In this document: in pieces, positions 36,363 through 47,700 of the stretch
Position numbering within the stretch: position 1 is the stretch's first letter
How the letters are laid out: the number at the start of each line of letters is the position of its first letter
Origin: Planctomycetota bacterium
Lineage (GTDB): Bacteria; Planctomycetota; UBA8108; UBA1146
Length of the DNA stretch: 64,000 nt
Assembly: GCA_014240375.1 (NCBI GenBank)
Contig: JAAZXB010000007.1
Span: 80,350 to 144,349 of the forward strand
Direction of reading: 5' to 3'
Made by a program: the position numbers and the translations under genes
The notes under the pieces: generated by a model
Database searches by the model: none
What the model saw: only the letters and a program-made list of their open reading frames with translations
Told to the model about the DNA's origin: nothing

Positions 36363-37403
36363 TCAACCGTGCTTCGAGCAGTCGAGGATCGGCTTGAGCA
36401 CTTCCTGACGCTCCGCTTCCTCGAACGCAGAGACCCCGGCGGCCAGAGGATACGAACGGACCAGTTCATCGACCGGGATCTCACCGGCATGCAGGGCATC
36501 GATGGCGCGCTGGTAATTTGGCCTGGCAGAGGCATAACTGGTGCGGATATCGATCTGGTTGCGAACCAGCACGTTGAAATCGATCGTCACCTCCTGCGGA
36601 TACAGGGCAACGACACAGATGGTTCCATCTGGTCGAACGATTCTCGTCGCCTCTTCCAGCACCCGAGAAGCTCCTGAAGCATCGACGATCACATCGACCT
36701 GTTGTTGTCGCAGTTGATCGGTCAGGGAAGGATGTTGCCCCCCCACAGTCATCGTCTCGAAACCAATCTTGCGGGCGATGGCAAGTCTCACCGGCTCATC
36801 CGCATCCAGTCCAGAGATCACCACATCGGCTCCTCGTTTTCTCGCCATCAGCGCACAGAGGATTCCGATGACCCCCGGCCCACAGACCACCACTCGATCC
36901 CCCGCTTCGATCTCCGAGCAATCATGGATGCAATGATCTGCCACCGAGAGTGGCTCTGTCAGCGAGGCTGCGGTAGTTGTCAGTCCTTCGGGTAACGGCA
37001 TCAGGTAGTGATCATCGACCACCACCTTCTCCGCCATGCCTCCATCGAGGTGCAAGCCTTGCACTCTCCTGGCGGGACATAGCTGGGTCAGTCCGGTCGA
37101 ACAATAACGGCAACCCTCCTCCAGGCAGCCCTGAAGTGCGATCATCGTGGCGGTCTGCCCCTTCTCCCAGCGCTGAACACCATCTCCCCAGCCGACGACC
37201 ACTCCCGCCCACTCGTGCCCCAACGTCACCTGAGGGAGCACCGACTCGTATCCCTTGTGGTTGAGATAGACGTGGAGATCGCTGCCGCAGACTCCGCAAT
37301 GACGCACCTCGAGCAGTACCTGACCTGGACCAGGGGTCGGCTCATCGATCTCCTCCAGCGCAACAGCTCTCGCTTCCCGGGCCTGTCTCCGAAGTGCCTT
37401 CAT
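36363..37403 (-). CDS. Zinc-dependent alcohol/polyol dehydrogenase (MDR family)
   Basis: Start at ATG 37403 (GGAGGAG RBS). VRHCGVCGSDLH, GHEWAGVV and Rossmann VVVCGPGVIGIL. Confidence 0.85.
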   Translation of the reverse strand: MKALRRQAREARAVALEEIDEPTPGPGQVLLEVRHCGVCGSDLHVYLNHKGYESVLPQVTLGHEWAGVVVGWGDGVQRWEKGQTATMIALQGCLEEGCRYCSTGLTQLCPARRVQGLHLDGGMAEKVVVDDHYLMPLPEGLTTTAASLTEPLSVADHCIHDCSEIEAGDRVVVCGPGVIGILCALMARKRGADVVISGLDADEPVRLAIARKIGFETMTVGGQHPSLTDQLRQQQVDVIVDASGASRVLEEATRIVRPDGTICVVALYPQEVTIDFNVLVRNQIDIRTSYASARPNYQRAIDALHAGEIPVDELVRSYPLAAGVSAFEEAERQEVLKPILDCSKHG

Positions 37404-37581
37404 CGTCTCCTCCAGTGCATTTAATGGTGACCTCGTTGAAGATATCGGCAAGAACACACACTGCAATCGGGCGCATCCAAATCGCCACCGCGAAGATTGC
37501 AATTGACCCCCCTTGCCCTGCGGTTTACCAAGGACTGCTGACAACGAGAATCAGCGAAAGCAATCTATCAGGAGGTGCGAG

Positions 37582-38511
37582 ATGAAGCGGATTTCCATCG
37601 GTTCCTGGGCCTACACCATCGGACCCTACGAGAAGGAGCCTGTCGATTTCTTCACGGTTTGCGAGAAACTCAAGGAACTCGGTTTCGACGGCGTCGAGCT
37701 GGGTGGCTTTCCACCGCACCCCAATCCCGATGACATCGTGGATACCTCCGCACGCCAGGAGGTCGCAGCACGGGTTCGACAGATGGGACTGGAGTTCAGT
37801 GGCCTCGCCGCAAATCTGTGGGGAGAACATCTCATCGATACGGATGATCCTGCTGGATACATCTCCGAGTTCACCAAGAACTGCGATTTCTGCACCGACA
37901 TGGGGATCGAGACGATCCGTGTCGACACGGTCCAGCCACCGACCATCTTCGAGACGGTCGATCGTGAAACTGCACTGGCCAGAGTCGTCGACACATGGAA
38001 GAGATGCTGTGCCATCGCTGCCGACCATGGATTGCAAATGACCTGGGAGTTTGAACCGGGGTTCGCCTTCAACAAACCCTCCGATGTGGTCCAGATCCTC
38101 GAAGCGATCCCCAACGACAACTTCGGTGTGATGTACGACACCTGCCACGGCCAGATGGTCGCGGTTGTCGGTGCGCGACATCCTGGTGAGAAAGAGCTGC
38201 TCCCTGGTGGGCAACTGGAACTGATCCAGATGCTCAGCGGACGAATCAATCACATCCATCTCATCGATTCTGACAACAGCTGTCACAAGGCCGAGGATGG
38301 AACCGATGAGACCTCGAGCCATCCTCCCTTCGGCCTCGGAGTTCTCGACTTCGATTCCATCGTCCCGGCTCTCGCCAAGGAAACGCTTCCGCATGACTGG
38401 TGGACCATCGATCTGTGCTTCTGGCCCGATGCGTGGCAGGCCACTGCCAGTTGCAAGAAGTCGATCGATCAACTGAACTCCCGTTACGGAGTGAAAGAGG
38501 AGATTCGATGA
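37582..38511 (+). CDS. Sugar phosphate isomerase/epimerase (xylose-isomerase-like TIM barrel)
   Basis: Start at ATG 37582 (AGGAGG RBS). [26 protein letters not shown] and INHIHLID are typical AP-endonuclease-2/TIM-barrel motifs. Confidence 0.8.
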   Translation: MKRISIGSWAYTIGPYEKEPVDFFTVCEKLKELGFDGVELGGFPPHPNPDDIVDTSARQEVAARVRQMGLEFSGLAANLWGEHLIDTDDPAGYISEFTKNCDFCTDMGIETIRVDTVQPPTIFETVDRETALARVVDTWKRCCAIAADHGLQMTWEFEPGFAFNKPSDVVQILEAIPNDNFGVMYDTCHGQMVAVVGARHPGEKELLPGGQLELIQMLSGRINHIHLIDSDNSCHKAEDGTDETSSHPPFGLGVLDFDSIVPALAKETLPHDWWTIDLCFWPDAWQATASCKKSIDQLNSRYGVKEEIR

Positions 38512-39665
38512 AGGATCTCAGAATCGGAATGATCGGATACGGATTCATGGGGAAGGCGCATTCCAACGCCTACCAGAAGGTCAATCGGTTCTTTGACCTG
38601 CAGACCAGGCCGGTTCTCCAGGCACTGTGTGCAAGGGATCAGGAGGTCGCACAGCAATTTGCCAACAACTGGGGCTACGCCTCTGTGGAGTCGGACTGGC
38701 GAGCTCTCATCGAACGAGATGACATCGATGCCGTGGACATCTGCGTGCCCAACCATCTCCATCGAGAGATCGCCGTGGCGGCGGCAGAAGCGGGCAAGTG
38801 GGTACTGTGTGAAAAACCGCTCTCGATGAATGTCGCCGAGGCGGTCGAGATGACGGAAGCGGTGGAAAAAGCGGGTGTCCCCAACATGGTCTGGTTCAAT
38901 TACCGTCGGGTTCCAGCCATCGCACTCGCAAAACAGCTGGTCGATGAAGGTCGCATAGGAAAGCCGTTCCACTACCGCGGAACCTACTTGCAAGACTGGA
39001 CGATTGCCGAAGATGTTCCTCAAGGAGGAGCAACTCTGTGGCGACTCGATGCGGCTGCAGCAGGATCCGGAGTCACTGGCGATTTGCTGGCTCATTCGAT
39101 CGATACTGCGATGTGGCTCAATGGCCCCATTACCCGGGTGGTTGCAGACACCGAAACTTTTGTGCGAGAGCGGATGCACCAGGATACAGGTCAAGTTCAG
39201 CCTGTAGAAATCGATGACGCCTGCATGTTCCTGGCGCGTTTCCAGAACGGATCGATGGGGACCTTTGAATCGACTCGCTATGCCCGGGGCCGAAAGAACT
39301 TCAACACCTTCGAATTGAATGGTCATGACGGATCGTGCCACTTCGACCTGGAAGATCCTCAATATCTGGACTTCTTCGAACACACCAGAAAATCAGACGG
39401 ACAGAAGGTCGAAGACCACCTGACCGGGTGGCGCAGGATTCACACCACCAACTTCGAGCACCCCTACATGGATCGTTGGTGGGTACCGGGTTGCACCATC
39501 GGATACGAGCACACCTTCATCAACGCACTGGCGGACTTCCTGGTTGGCGTCGAGAAGGACCAGGCCGCCCAGCCTGATTTCCGCTGTGCACTGCAAACCC
39601 AGAGGGTCTGCGATGCTGTGCTGGAATCAGCGAAAAGTGGTCAATGGTCTGAGATCCAGCACTGA
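38508..39665 (+). CDS. Gfo/Idh/MocA-family oxidoreductase
   Basis: Start at ATG 38508 (ATGA overlap with the upstream stop). [19 protein letters not shown] Rossmann motif, EKPL motif (VLCEKPLSM) and a C-terminal alpha/beta domain. Confidence 0.9.
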   Translation: MKDLRIGMIGYGFMGKAHSNAYQKVNRFFDLQTRPVLQALCARDQEVAQQFANNWGYASVESDWRALIERDDIDAVDICVPNHLHREIAVAAAEAGKWVLCEKPLSMNVAEAVEMTEAVEKAGVPNMVWFNYRRVPAIALAKQLVDEGRIGKPFHYRGTYLQDWTIAEDVPQGGATLWRLDAAAAGSGVTGDLLAHSIDTAMWLNGPITRVVADTETFVRERMHQDTGQVQPVEIDDACMFLARFQNGSMGTFESTRYARGRKNFNTFELNGHDGSCHFDLEDPQYLDFFEHTRKSDGQKVEDHLTGWRRIHTTNFEHPYMDRWWVPGCTIGYEHTFINALADFLVGVEKDQAAQPDFRCALQTQRVCDAVLESAKSGQWSEIQH

Positions 39666-39673
39666 TTCAGCGA

Positions 39674-40564
39674 TCAGACGTTACAGGTCTTGACTGCCTC
39701 GGTGAGGCTCGCGAGAGGATCTCCTGTGGGCAGGAACTCTTGCCCGACGTACCCCTCGTAGCCGATATCGACCAGTGCTTCCATCACCGCCCTGTAGTAG
39801 ATCTCCTGACCCGCACCGATTTCGTTGCGTCCTGGATTTCCGGCAACATGAACATGGCCGAGGAGATCCTTGTACTGTCTCAACCTCCGGATGACATCGC
39901 CATTCATGATCTGGATGTGATAAACGTCGAACAGTAGTTTCAAGTTTGGAGAATCCACCTTGCGAATGATGTCGACCACATACTCCGTGTCGTCTCCCAT
40001 GTAGCCTGGGTGGCCTTTCATCGGATGGGTATCATCGCGGGTGTTCAGCACTTCAAGACAGAGTGTGACCTTCTTCTTCTCGGCATGATCGATGATCTTC
40101 TTGAAGCCCTCGACGCAGTGGATGGCTCCCTCATCTTTTGAAAATCCATCATTCATGCCTGTGAAGGCAATGACATTGGGAAAACCAAACTCAGAGCAGG
40201 CATCGATACTATCTCTTGTCGCCTTCAACAGCTGTTCGTGGTGACGCGGATTATTCCATCCTTTGACGAAAGGCGGATCAGGGGCCATGTCGATCTGGCC
40301 GATGGCACAGACCAACCCCTTCTTCTGAAGCAGGGGGAAATATTTTGGCTCGATCAGTTCGACACTCTGGCAGCCCAGTTCAATAGCGTGATCGATGGTT
40401 TGCTCGACAGACCAGTGTTCAGAGAAGCACCAGTGCGCAACCGATTGACGGATCTTGCTCCCATCGACCTCATGGGTACTTCCATCAGCCATTCCCCCGG
40501 GAAGTGCCACCGTCGAGAGCACCGTGGCCGCTGCGGCTCCCTGGAGCAGTTGCCGACGGTTCAT
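39674..40564 (-). CDS. TAT-exported xylose-isomerase-like TIM-barrel protein (hydroxypyruvate-isomerase-like)
   Basis: Twin-arginine signal MNRRQLLQGAAAATVLSTVALPG. LGCQSVELI, LCLEVLN and HVHVAGNPGRNE. Upstream ATGs at 40615 and 40651 are possible alternative starts. Confidence 0.8.
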   Translation of the reverse strand: MNRRQLLQGAAAATVLSTVALPGGMADGSTHEVDGSKIRQSVAHWCFSEHWSVEQTIDHAIELGCQSVELIEPKYFPLLQKKGLVCAIGQIDMAPDPPFVKGWNNPRHHEQLLKATRDSIDACSEFGFPNVIAFTGMNDGFSKDEGAIHCVEGFKKIIDHAEKKKVTLCLEVLNTRDDTHPMKGHPGYMGDDTEYVVDIIRKVDSPNLKLLFDVYHIQIMNGDVIRRLRQYKDLLGHVHVAGNPGRNEIGAGQEIYYRAVMEALVDIGYEGYVGQEFLPTGDPLASLTEAVKTCNV

Positions 40565-40818
40565 CTCGACACCGTCCAAATTCCTTGAACTGGCGATTAT
40601 CTCTGGCTGATCCATCCATTCCTCCTTCTCGGAACACGGTCCTGAAGCCACTTCTGGTCGCCGTGATGCCCTTCACGATAGAGATCAGCCGCAGCCACGG
40701 CAATAACGATCCTCGACAGTGCCAATTCCCCGTAGCCGATTCGGTCGATATACTGCTTCCATCACCTGGATGCTCCGAGCCGACTCCAGAATTCAACGAT
40801 GAAAGGGTAGATACCCCC

Positions 40819-42390
40819 ATGGCCGACCTCGTGAATCCTCTGTCCTTTTCCGACCACGCCATCCAGGTTCATCCAGATGACAATGTGGCCGTGATCAAAT
40901 TTGGTATCGACGAAGGTACCCAACTCTCCATGCCCAAAGGTGACCCGCTGGTCATCCGTGGAAAACCCACTGCTGGTCACCGCTTTGCACTGGTGAAGGT
41001 CGCCGCAGGAGATTCGTTGATCCAGTACGGCCAGCCGATCGGGAAATCGCGGGGAATCGCCGCCGGGGAGGTGGTGACACCCACCAACATGAGCAACGAT
41101 GTTCCGGTAGTTCGAGTGATTCCAGACCAACTCTCGACAGCCGAACCCCAGTACTATGAAGATTCAGAAATTCCCACCTTTCAGGGATTCAGACGCAAAG
41201 ATGGCAGAGTGGGGACTCGCAATCATATCTTGATCATCCCCACCAGCATGTGTGCCAGTCATGAGGCGCAACAAATCTCCATCATCGCAGAGCACACACT
41301 GTTTGATCCGCAGCTGTACCCCAATGTTGACGGAGTCGTGGGCATTCCACATAACAAGGGCTGCGGCTGTTCCGATGGCAGCAATCTCGATGTCACTCTG
41401 AGGACGCTCGCCAACTATGCTGCCCACCCCAACGTGGGGGCTGTGGTGATGATCGAACTCGGTTGTGAAAAGACCAACCTGACCAAGATGGAAGATTACC
41501 TCAGTCGGCGCGGAATGGATGGATTCGGAAAGCCGGTCCATTGGCTTGGAGTACAGTCCGCCGGAGGCACTGCTCAAGTGGTCAGCAAGGGGCTTGCAGC
41601 GGTCAAGGAACTGCTTCCCCAGGTCAATCAGTTCCAGCGCGAAGCGGTGCCTGCCAGTGAGGTCGTACTGGCACTCGAGTGTGGTGGATCCGATGGCTTC
41701 TCTGGACTCTCTGCGAATCCAGCGCTGGGACATGCAGCGGACATGGTCGTCCGTTGCGGTGGCACCGTGATTCTCAGCGAAGTGCCTGAGTTCTGTGGGG
41801 CCGAACATGTGCTGGCGCTGAGATCGCGCGATCCGCAGGTCGCCTCGGAGGTATACGATCTGGTCGACTGGTACAAGAAGTACGCAGCAACCGTTGGAAC
41901 CGTCCTCGGAGACAACCCTAGCCCTGGAAACATCGAGGGCGGCTTGCTCAACATCACCATCAAATCGCTGGGAGCCATCGCCAAGGGGGGAACCACCCGG
42001 GTCGAGGGTACTACCGGATACTCCGAGCCACCCAGCGGTCGCGGCCTGCAACTGATGCAGGGTCCTGGTTACGATCAGGAATCGGTTCCCGGCATGGTGG
42101 CCGCCGGAGCAAACATGGTCGTTTTCACCACCGGTCGAGGAACCACCATCGGCAACGCCATCTGTCCGGTACTGAAGTTGGCTTCCAACACTCCGGTATT
42201 CGATCGAATGCCCGACGACATCGATCTCAATGCCGGCTCCATCATCGATGGAACCGAGACGATCCCCGAAGTAGGACAGAGAATCTTCGAACGTGTCATC
42301 GAAGTTGCTGGAGGGGCTGCTCTCGCACATGCGGAGGTCCACAAACACCGAGAATTCCAGATCTGGGCGGAACAATCCGTATCTCTTTGA
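40819..42390 (+). CDS. UxaA-family sugar-acid dehydratase (altronate/galactarate dehydratase-like)
   Basis: Start at ATG 40819. N-terminal SAF domain (VHPDDNVAVIKFGIDEGTQL...AGHRFALVKVAAGDSLIQYGQPIG) and a large UxaA C-terminal domain (HNKGCGC, LECGGSDGFSG, VVFTTGRGT). Confidence 0.85.
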   Translation: MADLVNPLSFSDHAIQVHPDDNVAVIKFGIDEGTQLSMPKGDPLVIRGKPTAGHRFALVKVAAGDSLIQYGQPIGKSRGIAAGEVVTPTNMSNDVPVVRVIPDQLSTAEPQYYEDSEIPTFQGFRRKDGRVGTRNHILIIPTSMCASHEAQQISIIAEHTLFDPQLYPNVDGVVGIPHNKGCGCSDGSNLDVTLRTLANYAAHPNVGAVVMIELGCEKTNLTKMEDYLSRRGMDGFGKPVHWLGVQSAGGTAQVVSKGLAAVKELLPQVNQFQREAVPASEVVLALECGGSDGFSGLSANPALGHAADMVVRCGGTVILSEVPEFCGAEHVLALRSRDPQVASEVYDLVDWYKKYAATVGTVLGDNPSPGNIEGGLLNITIKSLGAIAKGGTTRVEGTTGYSEPPSGRGLQLMQGPGYDQESVPGMVAAGANMVVFTTGRGTTIGNAICPVLKLASNTPVFDRMPDDIDLNAGSIIDGTETIPEVGQRIFERVIEVAGGAALAHAEVHKHREFQIWAEQSVSL

Positions 42391-42415
42391 TCCCCCAGTA
42401 GAGGAAGAGTCTTCG

Positions 42416-43591
42416 ATGGCCGATTCCAAGATGATGAAAGCGAGTGTCCTCGAGGCCACACGCACGATGAAGATTCAAGATGTTCCGATCCCGGTCATGG
42501 GTCGGCGGGATGCCATGATACGTGTCGACGCCGTCGGGCTGTGTGGCTCCGATTACCACATCTACACCGGCGAGGCGAATTACCATGTCGACGAGCGAGG
42601 TCTGCCGGTGCCCCTCGAAGTTCACCCACAAATTCTGGGTCATGAAGTCACCGGCACCATCGTCGATGTCGGAGATGGTGTGAAAGACCTGGCAGCCGGG
42701 GATCGAGTCGTCATCGATCAGGGCCTCAGTTGTGTCAGTGAAGGCAAAGAGCACCTCTGCGAGTACTGCTCCACTGGCTTCTCGCATCAGTGCGAATGGT
42801 ACCGCGAGTTTGGTATCACGGGACTTCCTGGCGGCCTCGCCGAGTTCATCGCAATTCCTGCAGTGAACCTGATTCAGGTTCACTCGGATCGACCTGCAGT
42901 GGAAACGGTGATGACAGAGCCTCTGGCCTGCGTTCTCCATTCGCTGGAAACGGTGATGACGGCACCCGCTCGATATCAATTCAATGCTGTCGATCCAGAT
43001 CAGCGTGTTCGTTGTGCGCTGATCTGTGGAGCCGGACCCGCAGGACTCCTCTTCATCCAGGCGTTACGAAAAATCTACAACTACCAGGGATCCCTGGTGG
43101 TCAGTGAGCCCGATCCCGTCAAGCGCAAGCTGGCTGCCGAATACGGTGCAGAGACCATCGATCCAGGATCCATCGACCTGGTCGATGAGATGCTCACCCG
43201 TACCGGAGGGCGACGCTGCGAGTTCTTCATCGATGCCGCCGGTGTCGGCCTGATCTTTGAACAAATCCCGGCACTGATCCGCACCCAGGCGACGGTGCTG
43301 ATGTATGCCCACGGCCATGGTGGGGCCAGCCTCGAGGCGATGAATGCAGTCCAGTTCCGTGTACCCACCTTGCTTTGCCCCTGTGGAGCATCCGGTGGGT
43401 TCGATGAAGATGGACGTCCGTCGATTTACCGCAGGTCCTTGCAGTTGATCGAAGACGGATCGATCGAGGTCGCCGATCTGGTCACACACCTTGAATCAGG
43501 TCTCGAATCGGTTCCCAGTAGTTTTGATCAGGCCTATGGTTCGCCAGGCTACATCAAGGCGGTGACCCTGATCCAGGGTCCGGGTTCCTGA
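42416..43591 (+). CDS. Zinc-dependent alcohol/polyol dehydrogenase (MDR family)
   Basis: Start at ATG 42416. VGLCGSDYHIY, ILGHEVTGTIVDVG and Rossmann ALICGAGPAGLL. Confidence 0.85.
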   Translation: MADSKMMKASVLEATRTMKIQDVPIPVMGRRDAMIRVDAVGLCGSDYHIYTGEANYHVDERGLPVPLEVHPQILGHEVTGTIVDVGDGVKDLAAGDRVVIDQGLSCVSEGKEHLCEYCSTGFSHQCEWYREFGITGLPGGLAEFIAIPAVNLIQVHSDRPAVETVMTEPLACVLHSLETVMTAPARYQFNAVDPDQRVRCALICGAGPAGLLFIQALRKIYNYQGSLVVSEPDPVKRKLAAEYGAETIDPGSIDLVDEMLTRTGGRRCEFFIDAAGVGLIFEQIPALIRTQATVLMYAHGHGGASLEAMNAVQFRVPTLLCPCGASGGFDEDGRPSIYRRSLQLIEDGSIEVADLVTHLESGLESVPSSFDQAYGSPGYIKAVTLIQGPGS

Positions 43592-43646
43592 ACAGGATCG
43601 ATCAGATGAATGTAATCCCTTGCTGCTCCGATAGAAGTTCACCTCG

Positions 43647-44594
43647 ATGACCTCACCGCTCGATCCAAATGCTGGTGGCACTGCACTTCGTATCCTGATC
43701 ACAGGCGCTTCTGGCCTGATTGGTTCTTCTTTGATTCCACAGCTTGAGAAGCAGGGGCATCAGGTCCTTCGAGCGGTCCGTAGACCGCCTCTGACCCCGG
43801 ATGAAGTGTGCTGGCGTCCGTTGACCGATGCAAAGGAGCTACCCACCGAAGAACTGGAGGCATTTGAAGATCTCGATGTGGTGGTTCACCTGGCGGGTGA
43901 GAACATCGCCACCGGTCGCTGGAGTGAGAAGAAGAAATCTAGAATTCGATCGAGTCGGGTCGAAACCACTCGAAATCTCGTTTCTCTGTTGAGCAGAACC
44001 TCTTCACCTCCAGGTTCCTTCATCAGTTCCAGCGCCATCGGAGGGTATCCAGCAGATGGAGCGGATGAGATGACGGAAGCGTCTCCTCTGGCTGATTCAT
44101 TCCTCGGTCATCTTTGCCGCGATTGGGAAAAATCCAGTGTGCCGCTGGGTACGGTCGGAACACGGGTGGTACACCTTCGGACCGGGCTGGTGCTGACTCC
44201 TGCTGGCGGAGTCCTTGAAAAATTACTTCCCATCTTTCGTTGGGGCCTTGGAAGCCGGCTCGGCTCCGGTCGCCAGTGGATGAGCTGGATCGATCTGGAT
44301 GACCTGATCCGCATCTTCTCCCTGGCGATCGAGGACTCCTCGATCGACGGCGCGCTGAATTGCGTTGCCCCGGGAGCGGTGCGAAACATCGACTTTACCA
44401 GCACCCTGGCGGCAGCGTTGAAGCGTCCGGTGGCCCCACCGATTCCAGCGTTCATCATCCGGATGCTCTTTGGCCAGATGGGGCAATCGCTACTCCTGGA
44501 AGGCCAGCGAGTCACTCCTGCCAGATTGAATTCTCGCGGATTTCGATTTTTGAGCCCGGATCTTCCAGCGGCATTGAGGAATCAACTGCGGTGA
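43647..44594 (+). CDS. TIGR01777/YfcH-like NAD-dependent epimerase-family protein (with DUF1731-type C-terminus)
   Basis: ILITGASGLIGSSLIPQLEKQGHQV Rossmann motif. C-terminus RVTPARLNSRGFRFLSPDLPAAL. Confidence 0.8.
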   Translation: MTSPLDPNAGGTALRILITGASGLIGSSLIPQLEKQGHQVLRAVRRPPLTPDEVCWRPLTDAKELPTEELEAFEDLDVVVHLAGENIATGRWSEKKKSRIRSSRVETTRNLVSLLSRTSSPPGSFISSSAIGGYPADGADEMTEASPLADSFLGHLCRDWEKSSVPLGTVGTRVVHLRTGLVLTPAGGVLEKLLPIFRWGLGSRLGSGRQWMSWIDLDDLIRIFSLAIEDSSIDGALNCVAPGAVRNIDFTSTLAAALKRPVAPPIPAFIIRMLFGQMGQSLLLEGQRVTPARLNSRGFRFLSPDLPAALRNQLR

Positions 44595-44703
44595 ATACGC
44601 ACCGAGGGCTCCGACTCAGAACCGAATTGTGATGATCCCCCGTGCCATCTACCATGATCCCGCCTTCGCCCCGAATGTCGGACGTGAAGGCCAGGAGGGT
44701 CCG

Positions 44704-47700
44704 ATGAAACCATCTCTGTTCTCGCTACTTCTGCTACTGGGATGCCTGGCACTTCACGGTGGCTGCACAGCTCCTCCCCCTCCCACTTCATCGTTGCTGA
44801 AACTTCATCTCGACGCGCTCAATCAGATTTCCCAGCACAAGTTCGTCGAGGCAGAGGCGACCCTCCTGAAACTGGTGGACTTCGCGCCCTCAGCGTTTGT
44901 TCCTCGCTTCAATCTTGCAGTCAGTCAGTTGAATCAGGCGGAGGGGGGTACCGATCGAGCGCTGGAGACCCTCCAGGTGGCTGCTGACCTGAAACCGGAT
45001 GATCCACGAGTCCACTATCTTGTCGGGGTCATTCAACGCTTCCTCGGCGACGAAACCAGCGCTCTGGATGAATTCCACAAGGCCCTCAAGTTGGCCCCGC
45101 GAGATTCAGACTGCCACTACCAGGTCGCCATCGGCCTGGTTCGAAGCAGCAACGAAGATCAAGCTCTCCCACACTTCGAAATGGCGGTTCAACTCGATCC
45201 GACCATTCGCGGAGCCTGGAACAATCTGCAGTTGTCGTGGCGAAGAAGTGGTCAGCTCGAGGATGCCAATCGAGCTCTCGCCACCTTCCGGGAACTGGAA
45301 GCATCCGGAAGAGGGCGAGCCCACAGCACCAAATACACCGAGCAGGGAAAATTGGCGGAAGCGATCCGCGACTGGCTTCCTGCCGCTTCTTCCGCGCAGC
45401 CCTGGCTTCCCAAAGGTGATTTTACCTGGGTCCAGATCACCTCCCCAAGCCCTGGTGGGGCTCCACCCCATGCACTGGTCGATGCAGATCTCGATTGCAT
45501 TCCTGATCTGTGGATCGCAGGAGATGAACCCTCTGCGTGGAGCTTGTCAGAATCACCCGAGAAAATCGCACCCCTTCCCTCTTTGAAGGGTGCCATCTGC
45601 TTCGCTGTTGCGGATGTAGATGAAGACGGCCTCCCTGATCTCGCCATCTCCACTGGCGCACAAGTTCGAGTCCTCCAGGGCGAAGGAGGTAGGACTCCAA
45701 GGTTTGAATCGTTGATCTCCACCGTCAAAGCAAATGCCAGCGACTTGCTGCTGGCAGACATCGACATGGAAGGAGATCTGGACCTGCTGCTGGCCACCGG
45801 TACCGGCCCGATTCAACTGTCCCTCAATGAGGGGCACAAGTTTCGGGAGATTTCCGATTCACCCGACCTGGCTGGAACCATTCCGGTGAAGCGGATTATT
45901 GCGGTTCGAGATCTGGATCGAGATCTCGATCACGATCTACTACTGGTCGGGGACCGACTCTCCTGGATCTCCGGAGCTCCACAGTGGAAATTCGAGGAAG
46001 ATCCCGCCAGGCAGCCGCTGGTCTCGGTCGAGATGCTGGAAGTCGATACCGCACTGCTGGTCGACCTGGTCGGAGATCACGAGCAAGAACTGGTACTCCT
46101 GCAACGAGGGAAACTGAAGATCCTCCGGCCCTCGAATCACCACAAGGATGCCGAGCAGATGGCACTGTTCGATGGTGAAGTCGCCTTGCCGGCTGAGGTC
46201 AAATCCGCCACTTACGTGGCGATTACGGCTCAAGATCTGGATCTCGATGGAACCGAAGAACTACTACTCTCCTCTGCTGAAAAAACCTCCATCCTCCAGT
46301 TCATCGCTGGAAAGCCGACTCTCTCGGCCCATACCTTTTCACCCGCGAGGTCGATGATCAGCGCGGATGTCGACGGCGATGGTGACCTGGATCTGGTTGT
46401 GGAGAAAACTGACGGCTCACTTTGGTTGATGAGAAACCCCCTGGCACAAGAATCACAGCGGCTCCACACCTTTCGCGCTCATCTGGGAGGGCGACGCGAC
46501 GGGGACGATCGTCGTACCAACTTGCTCGGCTTCGGCGCCCGGCTGGAACTTCGTAATTCAGAGCAGGTGGTACTCGCATTCCAGGAGGGCAAGGGGGGTC
46601 ACCACGCCCGAGGATTACTCCCGGTGGTGGTGGGGCTCGATGGTTCCGATCACCTCGACAGCCTCATCATCGAGTGGCCCGATGGAGTTCTCCAGGCAGA
46701 GATGGATGTCAAAGTGGACCGCTGCCAGGAGATCGAAGAGATCCAACGCAAGTCATCATCATGCCCGATCCTGTTCTCCTTCGATGGTCAGAAGTGGAAC
46801 TTCATCACCGACTTCATGGGTGGTGGCGGACTTGGATTCTGGATCGGCCCCGACGAATTTTCCCCTCCGGAACCGACAGAAGTGGTACGAATCGCTCCCG
46901 GTGCGCTACAACCGATCAACGATCGACTTCGGCTGAGCATCATGGAGCCGATGCAAGAGATCTGTTACACCGATCGATTGTCGCTGATCGCGGTGGATCA
47001 TCCTGAGACACACTCCTGCTTCCCCGAGGAATTCTTTCCGATTCAGGCTCCCCCCCCTTCTGGGAAACCGTTGATGATCGAAAAAAGGACCCGGGTATTC
47101 CCCTCGGTAGTTCGCGATGCCAGTGGCACCATCGATGCATCTCTGGTCGCTGAAGTGGATCGACTCTACGCCGGTCCCCGTGGTTTGATTCCAGATATGG
47201 TCGGCTACTGTGAGAACCAGGTGTGGGAATTCGACTTCGAAACCGTTCCCGAGGGGTCCAGCATTGCCCTGCTACTCGATGGTTGGATCGAGTATCCATA
47301 TTCGCGAATCAACTTTGCTGCATGGCAAGGTGGACAGCGATTGGCTGCTCCGACCTTTCGCTGGCGAGCGGCGAGCGATCAACCGTGGCAACTACTGGCG
47401 GAAGAACTCGGTTATCCGGCGGGAATGCCCAAGACGATGGTGCTCGATGTTTCCGAGATCATCGCACATGGAGCTCGCCAGTTCCGTATCGAATCAAATC
47501 TAGAACTCTACTGGGACAGAGTATTCCTCGCCTCGATCCAGCCCCCTGCACCACAACAAATCCACTCGATTCCGTTACATTCAGCAATCCTCCGTGATGG
47601 TGGCTACCCTCGAGAATTCTCTGACGATGGAAACTTGCCTGCGACATACCATTACGATCAACGAGATCCATCGCTCGATTACCGTCCGATGAAAAAAGGA

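Noticed and set aside
41164-42465. 433-aa minus-strand ORF.
   Set aside because: It is fully antisense to the UxaA-family dehydratase gene, which has clear family motifs. The sequence is junk-like.
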